A DNA stretch of 64,000 nt from IMG/VR virus record IMGVR_UViG_3300037851_001367; one strand, 5' to 3'. How positions within the stretch are numbered: the first letter of the stretch is position 1; each line of letters opens with the position of its first letter. Origin of the DNA: an uncultured virus (IMG/VR IMGVR_UViG_3300037851_001367) (lineage: Duplodnaviria > Heunggongvirae > Uroviricota > Caudoviricetes). Positions 8,605 to 18,088 of this stretch are shown here, piece after piece. A program made the translations under genes and the position numbers. The notes below the pieces were generated by a model, which was given only the letters and a program-made list of their open reading frames with translations, searched no databases and was not told where the DNA came from.

Positions 8605-8832
8605 ATGGAGGACTCGTACGGCCCCTTCATGGGGCGAAAAGGCAAGAGCTGGGGAGAGCTGGAGCTCCAGTCTATTGCCGGACGCGTCGCTGGCGTTCCC
8701 GACGCCGTGACGGCCGCCGCCCGAGAGATGGCGGGCGCCTGCCGGACGGAAGGCGTCACGCTCGAACGCGCGAAGGCCATCCTGGAGGAGGCCTTCAGTG
8801 CTCCATCACCAGGTGGTAGCCCTCGGCAATAG
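8605..8832 (+). CDS. hypothetical protein
   Basis: 75-aa ORF. Confidence 0.45.
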   Translation: MEDSYGPFMGRKGKSWGELELQSIAGRVAGVPDAVTAAAREMAGACRTEGVTLERAKAILEEAFSAPSPGGSPRQ

Positions 8833-9115
8833 CCTTTCCGAGAGCCCGCCTGCACTCCTCCAGGGTCGTGGCGTCGAGCGACCATGACGCCCAGACGAGC
8901 GCCTCGGCCCAGAAGCAGACCTCCTCGACGACGTCGGCCCAGCGTTCGGGCGCGGCGTCCTTCACCTGCCGGATGACGGTCACCGCCATGTCCACCGACT
9001 CGCAGTCGTGGACGTCCACGCCCCTCATCCTGTCTGCCTCCGCGGACATGCCGGCGACGTCCAGGAAGCCGGGAATCAGGTCTTTCACCGCGTAGAACGC
9101 AATCTCGGTCTGCAT
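8795..9115 (-). CDS. hypothetical protein (ends YHLVMEH)
   Basis: MQTEIAFYAVKD... Confidence 0.7.
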   Translation of the reverse strand: MQTEIAFYAVKDLIPGFLDVAGMSAEADRMRGVDVHDCESVDMAVTVIRQVKDAAPERWADVVEEVCFWAEALVWASWSLDATTLEECRRALGKAIAEGYHLVMEH

Positions 9116-9187
9116 AGCGGGCGAGGGTACACCGCGGGCCGGAGACTGCCACGGTCGCGCCGTACACAACGGCAGGAGGGTGAGACC

Positions 9188-9469
9188 ATGCCATTGTCCG
9201 ATTCGTCCGACCTGAGAAAGCCCGGCGCCGAGGCAGCTCCGGCCACCACGCCCGGAGCAGCAAGCACGACCGAGAACGCCATCATCGCGAGGATGAGGCG
9301 CGTCGTGGAGGCCAAGCAGTCCGCCCTCATCGGCGGCATCAGCGTGGACTTCCTCACGGCACGCACCGTGCTCCGCGTCTACGACCGCCTGCCGGAGCGC
9401 AAGCGCGAGAAGTTCGACCGCCTCAGCGCCAAGCAGATGGTCCACAAGGCTTTCGAGAGCGACAAATGA
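9188..9469 (+). CDS. hypothetical phage protein
   Basis: GGAGG RBS; VDFLTARTVLRVYDRL helical domain. Confidence 0.7.
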   Translation: MPLSDSSDLRKPGAEAAPATTPGAASTTENAIIARMRRVVEAKQSALIGGISVDFLTARTVLRVYDRLPERKREKFDRLSAKQMVHKAFESDK

Positions 9470-9590
9470 CCTTTGCTTCATATCTTCGTCCCGCAGGCCG
9501 GGACGCTCGAAGTTGCCCTGCACTGCGGCGGAGGAACACTGACCGTAAGTTCAGTGACTGCGACCGTAAGCTCGGCGGAAGGGGCGGGCG

Positions 9591-10202
9591 ATGGCGAAAC
9601 CTAAAGGAACTGGCATCCCAAGCTACGAACGAATCTGCGTCGCGCTGGCCGCGACAGAAGAGTTCGCAGCTTATGAGAGGGACTTCGTAAAGAGAGTCCT
9701 GTCCGCCCGCGTGGACAACGTCTCCTTCGAGAAGCTGGCAGAGTCCAGCCGAGGGGACGGCATGCCCGAGCACCGCTTCGAGGTTGCGTGCGGCAAGGAC
9801 CGCATCGCGGCCTTCTCCTTCCGGGAGCCCGGCAAGCTCAAGATCGACGTCGAGTCGCTCGTCACCGCCGAGTCGCTCATCCCGGTCATGGCCGTCTTCG
9901 GCAAGAAGGTCAGGACCTTCAACTGCCGCGAAGAGCTCGTCAAGGACAAGTTCGTCAAGCACGCCCGCCAGGTTCTCCTCGACAGGCACCCTGGCATCAT
10001 CGCCGAGGCTGAGGCCAGGATCTCGGAGCAGGCCCAGGGCCTTCTCACCTCCGGCCGGGTCGACAAGGACCGCCAGGTCGCCTACGAGAACGAGGCGGTC
10101 GAGGAGATCCGCACGGTCCTCCTCAAGTACCGCAACATCCGCCGCGAAGCGCTCAAGCGCGCCATCGACGAGTTCATCATCCACGACGTGACGGAGCACT
10201 AG
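9591..10202 (+). CDS. hypothetical protein with C-terminal tag variant (IIHDVTEH)
   Basis: 203-aa ORF; promoter GTAAGTT-N13-CGTAA at 9545-9569. Confidence 0.8.
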   Translation: MAKPKGTGIPSYERICVALAATEEFAAYERDFVKRVLSARVDNVSFEKLAESSRGDGMPEHRFEVACGKDRIAAFSFREPGKLKIDVESLVTAESLIPVMAVFGKKVRTFNCREELVKDKFVKHARQVLLDRHPGIIAEAEARISEQAQGLLTSGRVDKDRQVAYENEAVEEIRTVLLKYRNIRREALKRAIDEFIIHDVTEH

Positions 10203-10235
10203 CGGCTCACGAATATCGGTTCGGTAGAGTAGCAC

Positions 10236-10973
10236 ATGGCTACTCGCTGGACGGTCTACTGCCATGTCCATTCGGCGTCCGGGCGCCGGTACATCGGTTT
10301 GACAAAACTCACGATGCTGAAGCGTTGGAACCAGCATCTCCAGAACGCTAAGTCCAAGCGTGGTAAAGGTTGCCGGCTCTTCTGGAACGCCATCCGCAAG
10401 TACGGGCCGGAGGCGTTCGTCCACGAGGTTCTTGAGGTCTGCCGCGACTTGGAAGTCGCCAACCTTGCCGAGGAGTGCTGGATAGAGCTCTTCGACACGC
10501 GGAACCCTGAGAAGGGATTCAACCTCGCGAAGGGCGGTCAGCACGTCCCGCACCCGACCCGAAACCCTTGGGATCGGCCGGAGTATCGCGAGAAGCGCTT
10601 GCCATCCCTCATCGCCGCGACCCACACGCCCGAGGCGTACGCGAAGATGAGGGCGACGAAGAACACGCCGGAGTCGAGGGCTGCTCGTGTTATTCGCTCA
10701 AGGCTACTCGCCGAAGACCCGGCCTTCCGCGCTTCCTCGGGTAATCACTCGAACAAGGGTAAATCACTCTCCGAGGAGCACCGCGCCAAGATCGGCGCTT
10801 CGAACCGGGCGCGGAGCCCAGAACTTGTCGAGAGTATCGCCGCCAAGCTGCGTGGGCGCAGGCCGTCGGACGAGGAGCGCTCAAAGATCTCGGCGGCGAA
10901 CCGGAAGCGTTGTCACTCGGAGGAGACGAAGCGGAGGATCGCGGAGGCTCTGGCGCGTCGGCGCTCACAATAG
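10236..10973 (+). CDS. GIY-YIG homing endonuclease with NUMOD3-like repeats
   Basis: TVY...RYIGLT, RWNQH, AIRKYG, E...GFN; repeats GKSLSEEHRAKIG, GRRPSDEERSKIS, HSEETKRRIA. Confidence 0.9.
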   Translation: MATRWTVYCHVHSASGRRYIGLTKLTMLKRWNQHLQNAKSKRGKGCRLFWNAIRKYGPEAFVHEVLEVCRDLEVANLAEECWIELFDTRNPEKGFNLAKGGQHVPHPTRNPWDRPEYREKRLPSLIAATHTPEAYAKMRATKNTPESRAARVIRSRLLAEDPAFRASSGNHSNKGKSLSEEHRAKIGASNRARSPELVESIAAKLRGRRPSDEERSKISAANRKRCHSEETKRRIAEALARRRSQ

Positions 10974-11031
10974 GGCTGCGCTACGCTGGCCGACGCCTTT
11001 GTTGTGGCTCTTCCGATGCTGGAGGTTCAAC

Positions 11032-11280
11032 ATGCAGAAGCAAGTTCAAGAACGGAAGTGCCGCAAGTGCGGGGGTACAGGCGTCAACCGTGGGTTCACC
11101 CAAAACGCGTCGAGACGGGCGCGGCTCGTGTCGGTTCACTTCCCTACTCAACCCGGATGTCTTCAGTGTCGAGGAACCGGGGATGAGCCGCCAGCGCGCA
11201 GGCCGGCGTCATCGCCGCGTACCGACGATCGAGATGGCTCGGTCATACGGGAACGAACTGTTCGGAACGCTCGCCACTAG
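11032..11280 (+). CDS. possible CxxCxGxG zinc-finger protein
   Basis: CRKCGGTG and CLQCRGTG; GGAGG RBS. Confidence 0.5.
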   Translation: MQKQVQERKCRKCGGTGVNRGFTQNASRRARLVSVHFPTQPGCLQCRGTGDEPPARRPASSPRTDDRDGSVIRERTVRNARH

Positions 11281-11746
11281 TGAGGGCTGGAGCACGCGCT
11301 ACGCGACCGGTTACCGAGAGCGTCCCGGTCGCGTAGGTCGAGGTTTAGTAGCCTTCTTGATTCTGAGGTTCTGGAAAGTGAGTCTTCCTATCCTCGCCAC
11401 TGCGGTGTTTCTGGTCGTCCTGTCGGACGCCCAACTGAAGCACGAAGCGCGTTCTGCGCGTTCTGTACCGGGCGCGACCGTTCACACCCACTCCAATCCG
11501 GAACGTGCACCGGCCGCCCCGCAGACTGTTGAAGGGCCTTGCTCAGGGAGCACGTGGGTTTACGACAGGAAGGGCCGTCCCACTCAGGTCTCGTCGCGGG
11601 ACCTGGGACACATTCTCATGACTGGGAAGTTTGGAGTCCCCCGTGGCACTCGTGTAGCGGTGACATGGGACGGAGAGGTCGGGACTGTTCCTGCTGAAAA
11701 CCTCAGCTCGGCTGTCGCGGGTGGGGCCCTTCTCGGGTGTCGGTAG
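11183..11746 (+). CDS. possible membrane-anchored protein (start uncertain)
   Basis: hydrophobic stretch LVAFLILRFWKVSLPILATAVFLVVL; overlaps the upstream ORF. Confidence 0.4.
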   Translation: MSRQRAGRRHRRVPTIEMARSYGNELFGTLATSEGWSTRYATGYRERPGRVGRGLVAFLILRFWKVSLPILATAVFLVVLSDAQLKHEARSARSVPGATVHTHSNPERAPAAPQTVEGPCSGSTWVYDRKGRPTQVSSRDLGHILMTGKFGVPRGTRVAVTWDGEVGTVPAENLSSAVAGGALLGCR

Positions 11747-11755
11747 ACTTCGGAA

Positions 11756-12115
11756 ATGACGCTCGAAGAGTTTCGTGCCCTTCCCGCGGTCCGCAGCGGC
11801 TTCCCGTTGGTCTTCGCGTCCGGCGCCCGCTGGAACGAGATGTCAGGTTGTTGCGCGCGGTGCGAGCGCCCCATCGACCCCGACAATCTGAGGGGCGCCG
11901 TCATTCCGTGGGGGCCGTCGCACGCCGTGAAGGTTTACGTTGTCCGAGCCCTCGGCTACTGCCCTCGATGCAGGCTGCTCACTCCCTTCGACTATCGCTT
12001 CCACGAGGATATGAGCATGACCGGAGAGAAGGACGGCGAGTGGGTCCGCTGGCCTCCCCCGCGCCCTTCCTTCTGGACGCGCTCCCTCCGCTTCCTTAGG
12101 TCCTTGTGGGCGTAG
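11756..12115 (+). CDS. Zn-ribbon hypothetical protein
   Basis: CARC and CPRC. Confidence 0.7.
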   Translation: MTLEEFRALPAVRSGFPLVFASGARWNEMSGCCARCERPIDPDNLRGAVIPWGPSHAVKVYVVRALGYCPRCRLLTPFDYRFHEDMSMTGEKDGEWVRWPPPRPSFWTRSLRFLRSLWA

Positions 12116-12155
12116 CGCGGGCGCAAATCCGCGGCTCCGATCGGTACCGCCGATC

Positions 12156-12425
12156 ATGGCGAGAGTTCTCTGGTCGGGGGTGGTCGACGACGTCGAGGTG
12201 CGAATCGTCGGATCGAGCGCAGCCGAGTTCTACGTCGAGGAGCAGAAGGCCGGCCAGTGGTCCGCCTCGGACGACGAACTGGCGTCCCACGCGTACGCCC
12301 AGGCGTTCCTGGAATGTCGTTCCACCCTGGAGCGGCTCTACGACCGCGACATGGGGAACCTTCGCCTGAAGGAGGGCGTCGACGTCCTGACGGACGCCGG
12401 CCGCCTCCTCGGGAGGGACGGCTAA
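12156..12425 (+). CDS. hypothetical protein
   Basis: ATG 8 nt after GCAAATC-N13-GGTAC (12123-12147). Confidence 0.7.
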   Translation: MARVLWSGVVDDVEVRIVGSSAAEFYVEEQKAGQWSASDDELASHAYAQAFLECRSTLERLYDRDMGNLRLKEGVDVLTDAGRLLGRDG

Positions 12426-12601
12426 TGCCTGGCCCTCGCCGGAAGGGAGGTCGGAGGACCGAAATCGCCGACTGGCGGGTGAAAGCCGGCAACAAGGAGG
12501 TTTTCTCCGACCCGGTCAAGTTCAAGTGCGAACAGTTCATCCGCGACAGCGGTGGGAAGCTCGACGGCGTCAAACTACGCCTCATTCCTCCGAACGCCTA
12601 G
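12425..12601 (+). CDS. small basic hypothetical protein
   Basis: TAATG overlap, 58 aa. Confidence 0.6.
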   Translation: MPGPRRKGGRRTEIADWRVKAGNKEVFSDPVKFKCEQFIRDSGGKLDGVKLRLIPPNA

Positions 12602-12897
12602 TCGTCCTTGTCGTCCTTGAACTCGTCCGGCACCGTGATGACGTACTCGCCGGATCCCTTCGCCGCGGCGTTCATTCGGCGGGCGAGGTCGGCCACCGAC
12701 CGGATGGCCTGCTGCATGTGGCGCGGAATGTCGGGGGCAAGGGCGGCAGCCCGGAGGAGCCACCTGGCCGCCGTCACCGCCGACACCCGCCACGAGTCCA
12801 CGCCCCTGTGCTCCGATATCACGTCCGTTTCGACGGCAATCTTGAGGAGAGCGTCTCTGAGCTCTTTCGGAACTGTCGTCTTCTGCGGGTGTCCCAT
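12598..12897 (-). CDS. hypothetical protein
   Basis: 99-aa ORF. Confidence 0.65.
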   Translation of the reverse strand: MGHPQKTTVPKELRDALLKIAVETDVISEHRGVDSWRVSAVTAARWLLRAAALAPDIPRHMQQAIRSVADLARRMNAAAKGSGEYVITVPDEFKDDKDD

Positions 12898-12917
12898 GGT
12901 CTTGTACGCTCCGACGA

Positions 12918-13565
12918 ATGCCTCGTCCCCTCGGACAGAACGTTACGGAGGTGGAGCTCGGGTCTCCGGACTACACGGTAACCCCGCTCAACGCCCGTGA
13001 GAAGAGGCTCCTGAAAACCCCTTCGGCGAGGCACTACCACGGACTGTTCCTGGAAGCCATCTCCTCGGCGCGCCTCGTCTTCAAGGACGTCAAGCGGGCC
13101 GACGGGAAGACATGGGAGAACGCCCCATACCTCGTCTCGCTCGGCTACGGCTGGACCGGGGCGAGGGCAGCGAAGGTCTTCCTCTCCCTGTCGAACTACA
13201 AGGTGAGGCTCACGGACCGCGGCGCCGTCTCGGTGGTTGAGGTGGAGCACAGCGGCATGAAGCCTCCTGAACTCGTCGACTACCTCATGGTCTCGCAGAA
13301 GGTTCGCTTTGACGACGGACCGAGCGCCCTGCGCGTCCTGTCGACGGTCTCGGTCCAGCTTGAGAAGCGGGTGGCTGAGTTCCAGCGCAAGGCCGACCAT
13401 CGCGTTGCAAGCCACAAGTTCCAACTGGCCCTTCATCGTTGGGTTCGCAGACGGATGGGCTCTGAAATGAGGGCCGAGCTCGCGCCCCTTCTCGCGCGCT
13501 ATCCGGCCGACGCTCTCGTCCAGTACCTTCACGAGCTCGTCGTGGAAGAAGTCCACGACATGTGA
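12918..13565 (+). CDS. hypothetical protein with C-terminal tag (VVEEVHDM)
   Basis: 215-aa ORF. Confidence 0.8.
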   Translation: MPRPLGQNVTEVELGSPDYTVTPLNAREKRLLKTPSARHYHGLFLEAISSARLVFKDVKRADGKTWENAPYLVSLGYGWTGARAAKVFLSLSNYKVRLTDRGAVSVVEVEHSGMKPPELVDYLMVSQKVRFDDGPSALRVLSTVSVQLEKRVAEFQRKADHRVASHKFQLALHRWVRRRMGSEMRAELAPLLARYPADALVQYLHELVVEEVHDM

Positions 13566-13674
13566 TCGCCTGCGAAGGCACCTGATGCGTCCGGGCCGCG
13601 GGCGGAAACTGCGCGCGCCGCGGTGTACAACTGGGGGAGCCGGCAGGGAGCCGGACCGGAGGTGGCACAGGATC

Positions 13675-14844
13675 ATGCTGACGGGCGTTCACGAAATCGA
13701 CATCGAGACCTACGAGCAGTTCCTCGACCTGGTCTGCGTGAAGGGCGGCAACCTGCTCGTGATCGGCCAGGCCGGCATCGGCAAGACCGAGATTCCGTAC
13801 CAGCGCGCGGCCAAGCACGGCCTCGACGTCGTGTACTGGAACCTCGCCACGCAGGAGGCCCCGGATCTCGTCGGCCTCCAGATCATCAAGGAGGAGAACG
13901 GCGTCGAGGTCGTCCGCTACGCCTCCCCCGAGCACATGCCGGTCAAGGAGCGCTACCCCAAGCCCGTCATCGTCATCGTCGACGAGCTGGACAAGTGCAA
14001 GAGCGAGCTGCAGAACCCGCTCCTGGAGATCTTCCAGTCGGTGCAGAACGGCGAGGGCGGCACGCTCAACGGCCGTCAGCTCAACATCCGCGCCCTGATC
14101 TCGACGGGCAACCTCCCGGACGAGGGCGCGTTCAGCAAGCCGATCTCGCACCCGCTCACGAACCGCTCGATGACGTACAAGCTGACGTCGAACTTCGAGG
14201 CGTGGCAGAGCTGGGCGGTCGGCGCGGGCATCAACCCGCTCGTCGTCGCGTTCCTCTCCAAGCACCAGGAGTACCTGTCCATGAAGCCGGTCGTCGGCGA
14301 CCCGACGGCGTACACCCGCGGATCTCCCCGCTCGTGGACCCACGCGGCGCGCGACCTGAACAAGCTCGCGGAGATGAAGGCGGAAGGCCTCATGTCCTTC
14401 AGCACTCCCTCGCAGGAGATCGCGTTCCAGACGATGACCATCGCCGGCCGCGTCGGCGAGGCCCCCGCGGTCAAGTTCCGCGTCTGGCTGGAGTACTACA
14501 AGAAGATCGAGCCGCTCGTCAAGAAGCTCGCCGACGACGGCAAGCTTCCGGACGACCGTGAGCTCGACCAGATGGAGGCGGCCGAGACCATCGTCTACTG
14601 CGTCGCGTCCACCCAGGCGATCGTCGACGCGTCCAAGAAGAGCAAGGACCAGGCGGAGCAGCGCAAGGAGGTCCACCGCGTCGCGAACAACGTCGCGAAG
14701 CTCCTCAAGGTCGTGCCGCCGGAGAACCAGATCGCGGCGATCAAGTCGGTGCTGGAGTCCCAGTTCATCAAGGACATGGACCTCACCAAGTGCCCGGACC
14801 TCATGCAGGTCTACACCAAGGTCCGCAAAGTCACGAAGGACTGA
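13675..14844 (+). CDS. MoxR-like AAA+ ATPase
   Basis: Walker A GQAGIGKT, Walker B VIVIVDE, sensor STGN, Arg finger LTNR, SPRSW; promoter at 13604-13628. Confidence 0.9.
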   Translation: MLTGVHEIDIETYEQFLDLVCVKGGNLLVIGQAGIGKTEIPYQRAAKHGLDVVYWNLATQEAPDLVGLQIIKEENGVEVVRYASPEHMPVKERYPKPVIVIVDELDKCKSELQNPLLEIFQSVQNGEGGTLNGRQLNIRALISTGNLPDEGAFSKPISHPLTNRSMTYKLTSNFEAWQSWAVGAGINPLVVAFLSKHQEYLSMKPVVGDPTAYTRGSPRSWTHAARDLNKLAEMKAEGLMSFSTPSQEIAFQTMTIAGRVGEAPAVKFRVWLEYYKKIEPLVKKLADDGKLPDDRELDQMEAAETIVYCVASTQAIVDASKKSKDQAEQRKEVHRVANNVAKLLKVVPPENQIAAIKSVLESQFIKDMDLTKCPDLMQVYTKVRKVTKD

Positions 14845-14850
14845 CAGGCC

Positions 14851-14972
14851 CGGCGGGCCGCGGTCCGGGAGCCCAAGCGGGTGCGACAGGTCCAGGGGCC
14901 CCTGGAAACCGGCGCAAACGTGAGGTCAAAGCACGGGAAAGCCTAGCCCTGCTCCCAGACCGCGGCCCGCCG
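14851..14972. ncRNA. multibranch structured intergenic element
   Basis: 22-nt arms 14851-14872 / 14951-14972 (one mismatch) enclosing inner stems. Confidence 0.45.
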
Positions 14973-15043
14973 TTCCAAGCCCATGCGAGCGCGCCCGGGA
15001 GATCGGGCGCGCTCGCGCGTATCAGACGGTGGAGGCGGCAACG

Positions 15044-16576
15044 ATGGCGGAGAAGGCGGACAAGTTCTACAGCAAGCTCGCGAAGCTCCAGGACCCGGAC
15101 GGGGTCGCGAAGGACGCGCGCCAGCTCCGGGATCTCCAGGAGAAGATCTCGAAGACCGTGACCATGATGTTCGCGCGCCCGCAGAACGGCGGCGACCCGT
15201 TCATGTTCATGCTCGTCCAGCCGAAGCCGCACCTCCTCGTGCGCAAGCTCGGCGAGCAGGAGATCAAGACCGCCGCGACCGACGGCAAGACGTTCTACTG
15301 GAACCCCGAGTTCCTGGAGTCGCTCGACGAGCGCCAGGTGGGGACCGTGCTCAAGCACGAGAAGCGCCACGTCTACCTCTTCCACTGCGACCCCTCGCGC
15401 GGCCAGGGCTGGGACCCGGAGCTGCGCAACATCGCCTTCGACTACGTCGACAACGGCGGTCTGGAGGCGGACCACATCAAGTCGGGCCGCGTCAACAAGT
15501 TCCCGCTCTTCGGCGGCCCCCTCGGCGAGCCCATCCGTCTCAAGGAGATGATGGACTGGATCGACGGCAAGGTCGAGTTCCAGGAGGGCGTGCTGCGCTG
15601 CTACTCGGATCCGCTCGCCCTGGAGCGCACGGCCGACAGCATCTACTACGAGATGCAGTCGCGCATCAAGAAGTCCCCGCGCCGCTGCAAGAAGGAGAAC
15701 GGCGGCTGCAACGCGCTGACCATCGACCCGAAGACCGGCAAGTCGAAGATCCCGCAGCCGTGGGGTCCGGACTGCTGCCCGAAGTGCGGGGCGAAGCCGA
15801 AGCCCAACGGCGGCACGGGCGGGCTCCCGGACACCCTCGACACCCATGTCCAGGGCGAGACGGGCCAGTCCAAGGAAGAGGTCATGGCGGAGCTGATGAA
15901 GGCCGCCGACTTCGCGAAGCAGCAGCGCGGCACCGTCCCGGGCGAGGTCGAAGGGCTCCTCAAGGAGCTCAAGGAGCCGACGCTCTCGGCGCACGACATC
16001 GTCGTCAACTGCTTCCAGCGCAAGGCCAAGGACGTCGGCGACAACAAGGACTACACCCGGTTCAAGCGCCGTCCGCAGTACCTCTGGCAGAAGGACGAGG
16101 TGACGGGCGTGTACAAGCCCTTCCAGCGCCTCTACCAGCCCAAGAACTACGAGCACACGCCCAAGTGGGTCTGCCTCCTCGACACCTCGGGGTCCATGAC
16201 GGACGACATGATCGCGGACGGCGTGAAGGAGCTGCAGGTCATCGCCTCCCTCCACGAGTCCCAGGGTTGGATCGTCCCCTGCGACACCAAGCCCTACTGG
16301 GACAAGAAGATCGAGGTCACGACGACCGCCGACATCAAGCGAACGAACGTCCACGGCCGAGGCGGGACCACGCTTGCGGACTTCTTCCGCGAGCTGCCAA
16401 AGGAGATGGGGACGGACCTCGACGTCGTGGTGGTCATCACCGACGGCGGCATCGACAACATCCCTGTCGAGCTGGCTCCGAACTGCGACGTGGTCTGGGT
16501 TCACGTCTATCCTGGCCAGTTCACCCCCAAGTTTGGGCGCGTCTGCCCTCTCTACCCGGGAGTCAAGGGAACATGA
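15044..16576 (+). CDS. DUF2201-type putative metallopeptidase with C-terminal vWA domain
   Basis: TAATDG, HExxH (KHEKRH), MIDAS LLDTSGSM, GRGGT, VITDG; adjacent to the MoxR-like ATPase. Confidence 0.9.
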   Translation: MAEKADKFYSKLAKLQDPDGVAKDARQLRDLQEKISKTVTMMFARPQNGGDPFMFMLVQPKPHLLVRKLGEQEIKTAATDGKTFYWNPEFLESLDERQVGTVLKHEKRHVYLFHCDPSRGQGWDPELRNIAFDYVDNGGLEADHIKSGRVNKFPLFGGPLGEPIRLKEMMDWIDGKVEFQEGVLRCYSDPLALERTADSIYYEMQSRIKKSPRRCKKENGGCNALTIDPKTGKSKIPQPWGPDCCPKCGAKPKPNGGTGGLPDTLDTHVQGETGQSKEEVMAELMKAADFAKQQRGTVPGEVEGLLKELKEPTLSAHDIVVNCFQRKAKDVGDNKDYTRFKRRPQYLWQKDEVTGVYKPFQRLYQPKNYEHTPKWVCLLDTSGSMTDDMIADGVKELQVIASLHESQGWIVPCDTKPYWDKKIEVTTTADIKRTNVHGRGGTTLADFFRELPKEMGTDLDVVVVITDGGIDNIPVELAPNCDVVWVHVYPGQFTPKFGRVCPLYPGVKGT

Positions 16577-16794
16577 GCGTGATCTCCATTCGACCCAAGC
16601 GCTCCGGCGCGCGGAAGCGCCTGGACTTGGTCTCCAGCCTCCTCAACGACGCAACCGACGAGCCCTCCAGACACCACTACTCCCAGCTCTTGAAGAAGTA
16701 TGTCAACGAGGTTGCAGACGGTTATCTGCACCGTCGGTGGGTCACCAACGGCTATCTTTTCCTGGGAGAGGAAATCGCTGCGGCATTCGTGTAA
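16573..16794 (+). CDS. hypothetical protein
   Basis: ATGA overlap, 73 aa. Confidence 0.6.
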   Translation: MSVISIRPKRSGARKRLDLVSSLLNDATDEPSRHHYSQLLKKYVNEVADGYLHRRWVTNGYLFLGEEIAAAFV

Positions 16795-16802
16795 CCTCGG
16801 AC

Positions 16803-17294
16803 ATGGGCAAGCGCTACGCGGTCGTCCTGGAGGTGGAGCTTACCGACGGCGGCTCGAAGAAGGACGTCGAACGCTGGACCGAGCACCTCACCTGCCGCAC
16901 ACCGGCCATCTCCCGCGTCACGGTCGCGGATCCGACGGTGTCGATCAAAAAGCTCGCCGACCGGCCGAAGGGTGGCTTGGAGGTGGTCTTCATCTACGAC
17001 TCCGGCGGGCACCAGCCCTGCCACGCGGTCGTCAGGAAGGCCGCCATCGAGCCCCACGTCCACTTCCCGGGGAAGGACAGCCCCTGGAGCAAAGTGCGCC
17101 ATGGGTTCTGCGGCGAGGAGCCTGCCATCGGTCCGATGCCCTGGTGCAAGGAGCCTGGCGGCGATCTCTGCCGTACCTGCGCGCAATACGTGCACAAGGT
17201 CGACGGCAAATGGGTCACCCGTGACAACATGCCCGTCCCGAAGCCGAGGCGGCGAGCGGTGGTGGACTGCGGAGGGTGCTTCGATGACGACTAG
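16803..17294 (+). CDS. hypothetical protein
   Basis: ATG 8 nt after GGAAATC-N13-TGTAA (16770-16794). Confidence 0.75.
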   Translation: MGKRYAVVLEVELTDGGSKKDVERWTEHLTCRTPAISRVTVADPTVSIKKLADRPKGGLEVVFIYDSGGHQPCHAVVRKAAIEPHVHFPGKDSPWSKVRHGFCGEEPAIGPMPWCKEPGGDLCRTCAQYVHKVDGKWVTRDNMPVPKPRRRAVVDCGGCFDDD

Positions 17295-17640
17295 CCCGTT
17301 CAGCCGCTACATATCGAAGGGAACGCGCGTCCGAGCCTCCTGGCTCGAAGCCCGGCTCGCGTGCCTGGCCGGGGTGCAGGCGAAGCTGGGCGCGGATCCC
17401 GTCTCCCTCGTCGGGACCGTCCGGCACATCCGCAGCGACCACCCTGACCGGCCCGTCAACACCACCCTCTTCGTCGACGTTGAAGAGGGGGCCGGCTACG
17501 AGCCCCACCTCCAGCACTGCGAGAAGTGCGGCAAGGACCACGTCGAGGTGAAACCCGCCCACGTGGTCGACGTGCTCGACTCCGTCAGTCCGCCCGCTCC
17601 CGCCGTACCGGACGGTGGAGGCAGCGGCGATGGCGTATGA
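17284..17640 (+). CDS. hypothetical protein
   Basis: MTTSPFSRY..., CEKC. Confidence 0.65.
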   Translation: MTTSPFSRYISKGTRVRASWLEARLACLAGVQAKLGADPVSLVGTVRHIRSDHPDRPVNTTLFVDVEEGAGYEPHLQHCEKCGKDHVEVKPAHVVDVLDSVSPPAPAVPDGGGSGDGV

Positions 17641-18088
17641 CAGCAAGTATCAGCACGGGCTTTCCCACCTCAACCACGGGGAAGACGAACCGTGCTCGCC
17701 GAAGATCCTGAAGGCCCTGTACGCGGCGGTGTACGACGCCGACGCAAGCGAGGACGTAGTGCAGCTGCTCTTGCGCGCCTACGACATCCAGCACGGCATC
17801 GACCATGACGACGCGCCCGAGCCGAAGGTCCTCCAGGGCGAGGAGGCCTGGCGCTTCATGTACAAGTGCTGGCTTCCCGTCTTCAAGCACGAGTGTGACC
17901 GGTACGAGATCGCGTACGACGACCGCGGCATCGAGAACTCCGAGACCTTCGAGTGGCCTTCGGCCCTCCCCTTCGACTATCCGATCCGCACCGGCATTCT
18001 CAAGTCCATCGGCGAGCGCATGGGACGTTCGGACGCGTGGCTCACCAAGTGCCTGCGCGACGAGTTCAAGAAGCGGAGCGCTGCCTGA
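17630..18088 (+). CDS. hypothetical protein
   Basis: promoter 17584-17608 plus GGAGG. Confidence 0.8.
   Translation: MAYDSKYQHGLSHLNHGEDEPCSPKILKALYAAVYDADASEDVVQLLLRAYDIQHGIDHDDAPEPKVLQGEEAWRFMYKCWLPVFKHECDRYEIAYDDRGIENSETFEWPSALPFDYPIRTGILKSIGERMGRSDAWLTKCLRDEFKKRSAA

Noticed and set aside
14885..14915. SRP RNA-like CAGGTCC...GGAA segment
   Set aside because: Lacks the GNRA tetraloop and the AGCAG strand of the SRP helix-8 loop
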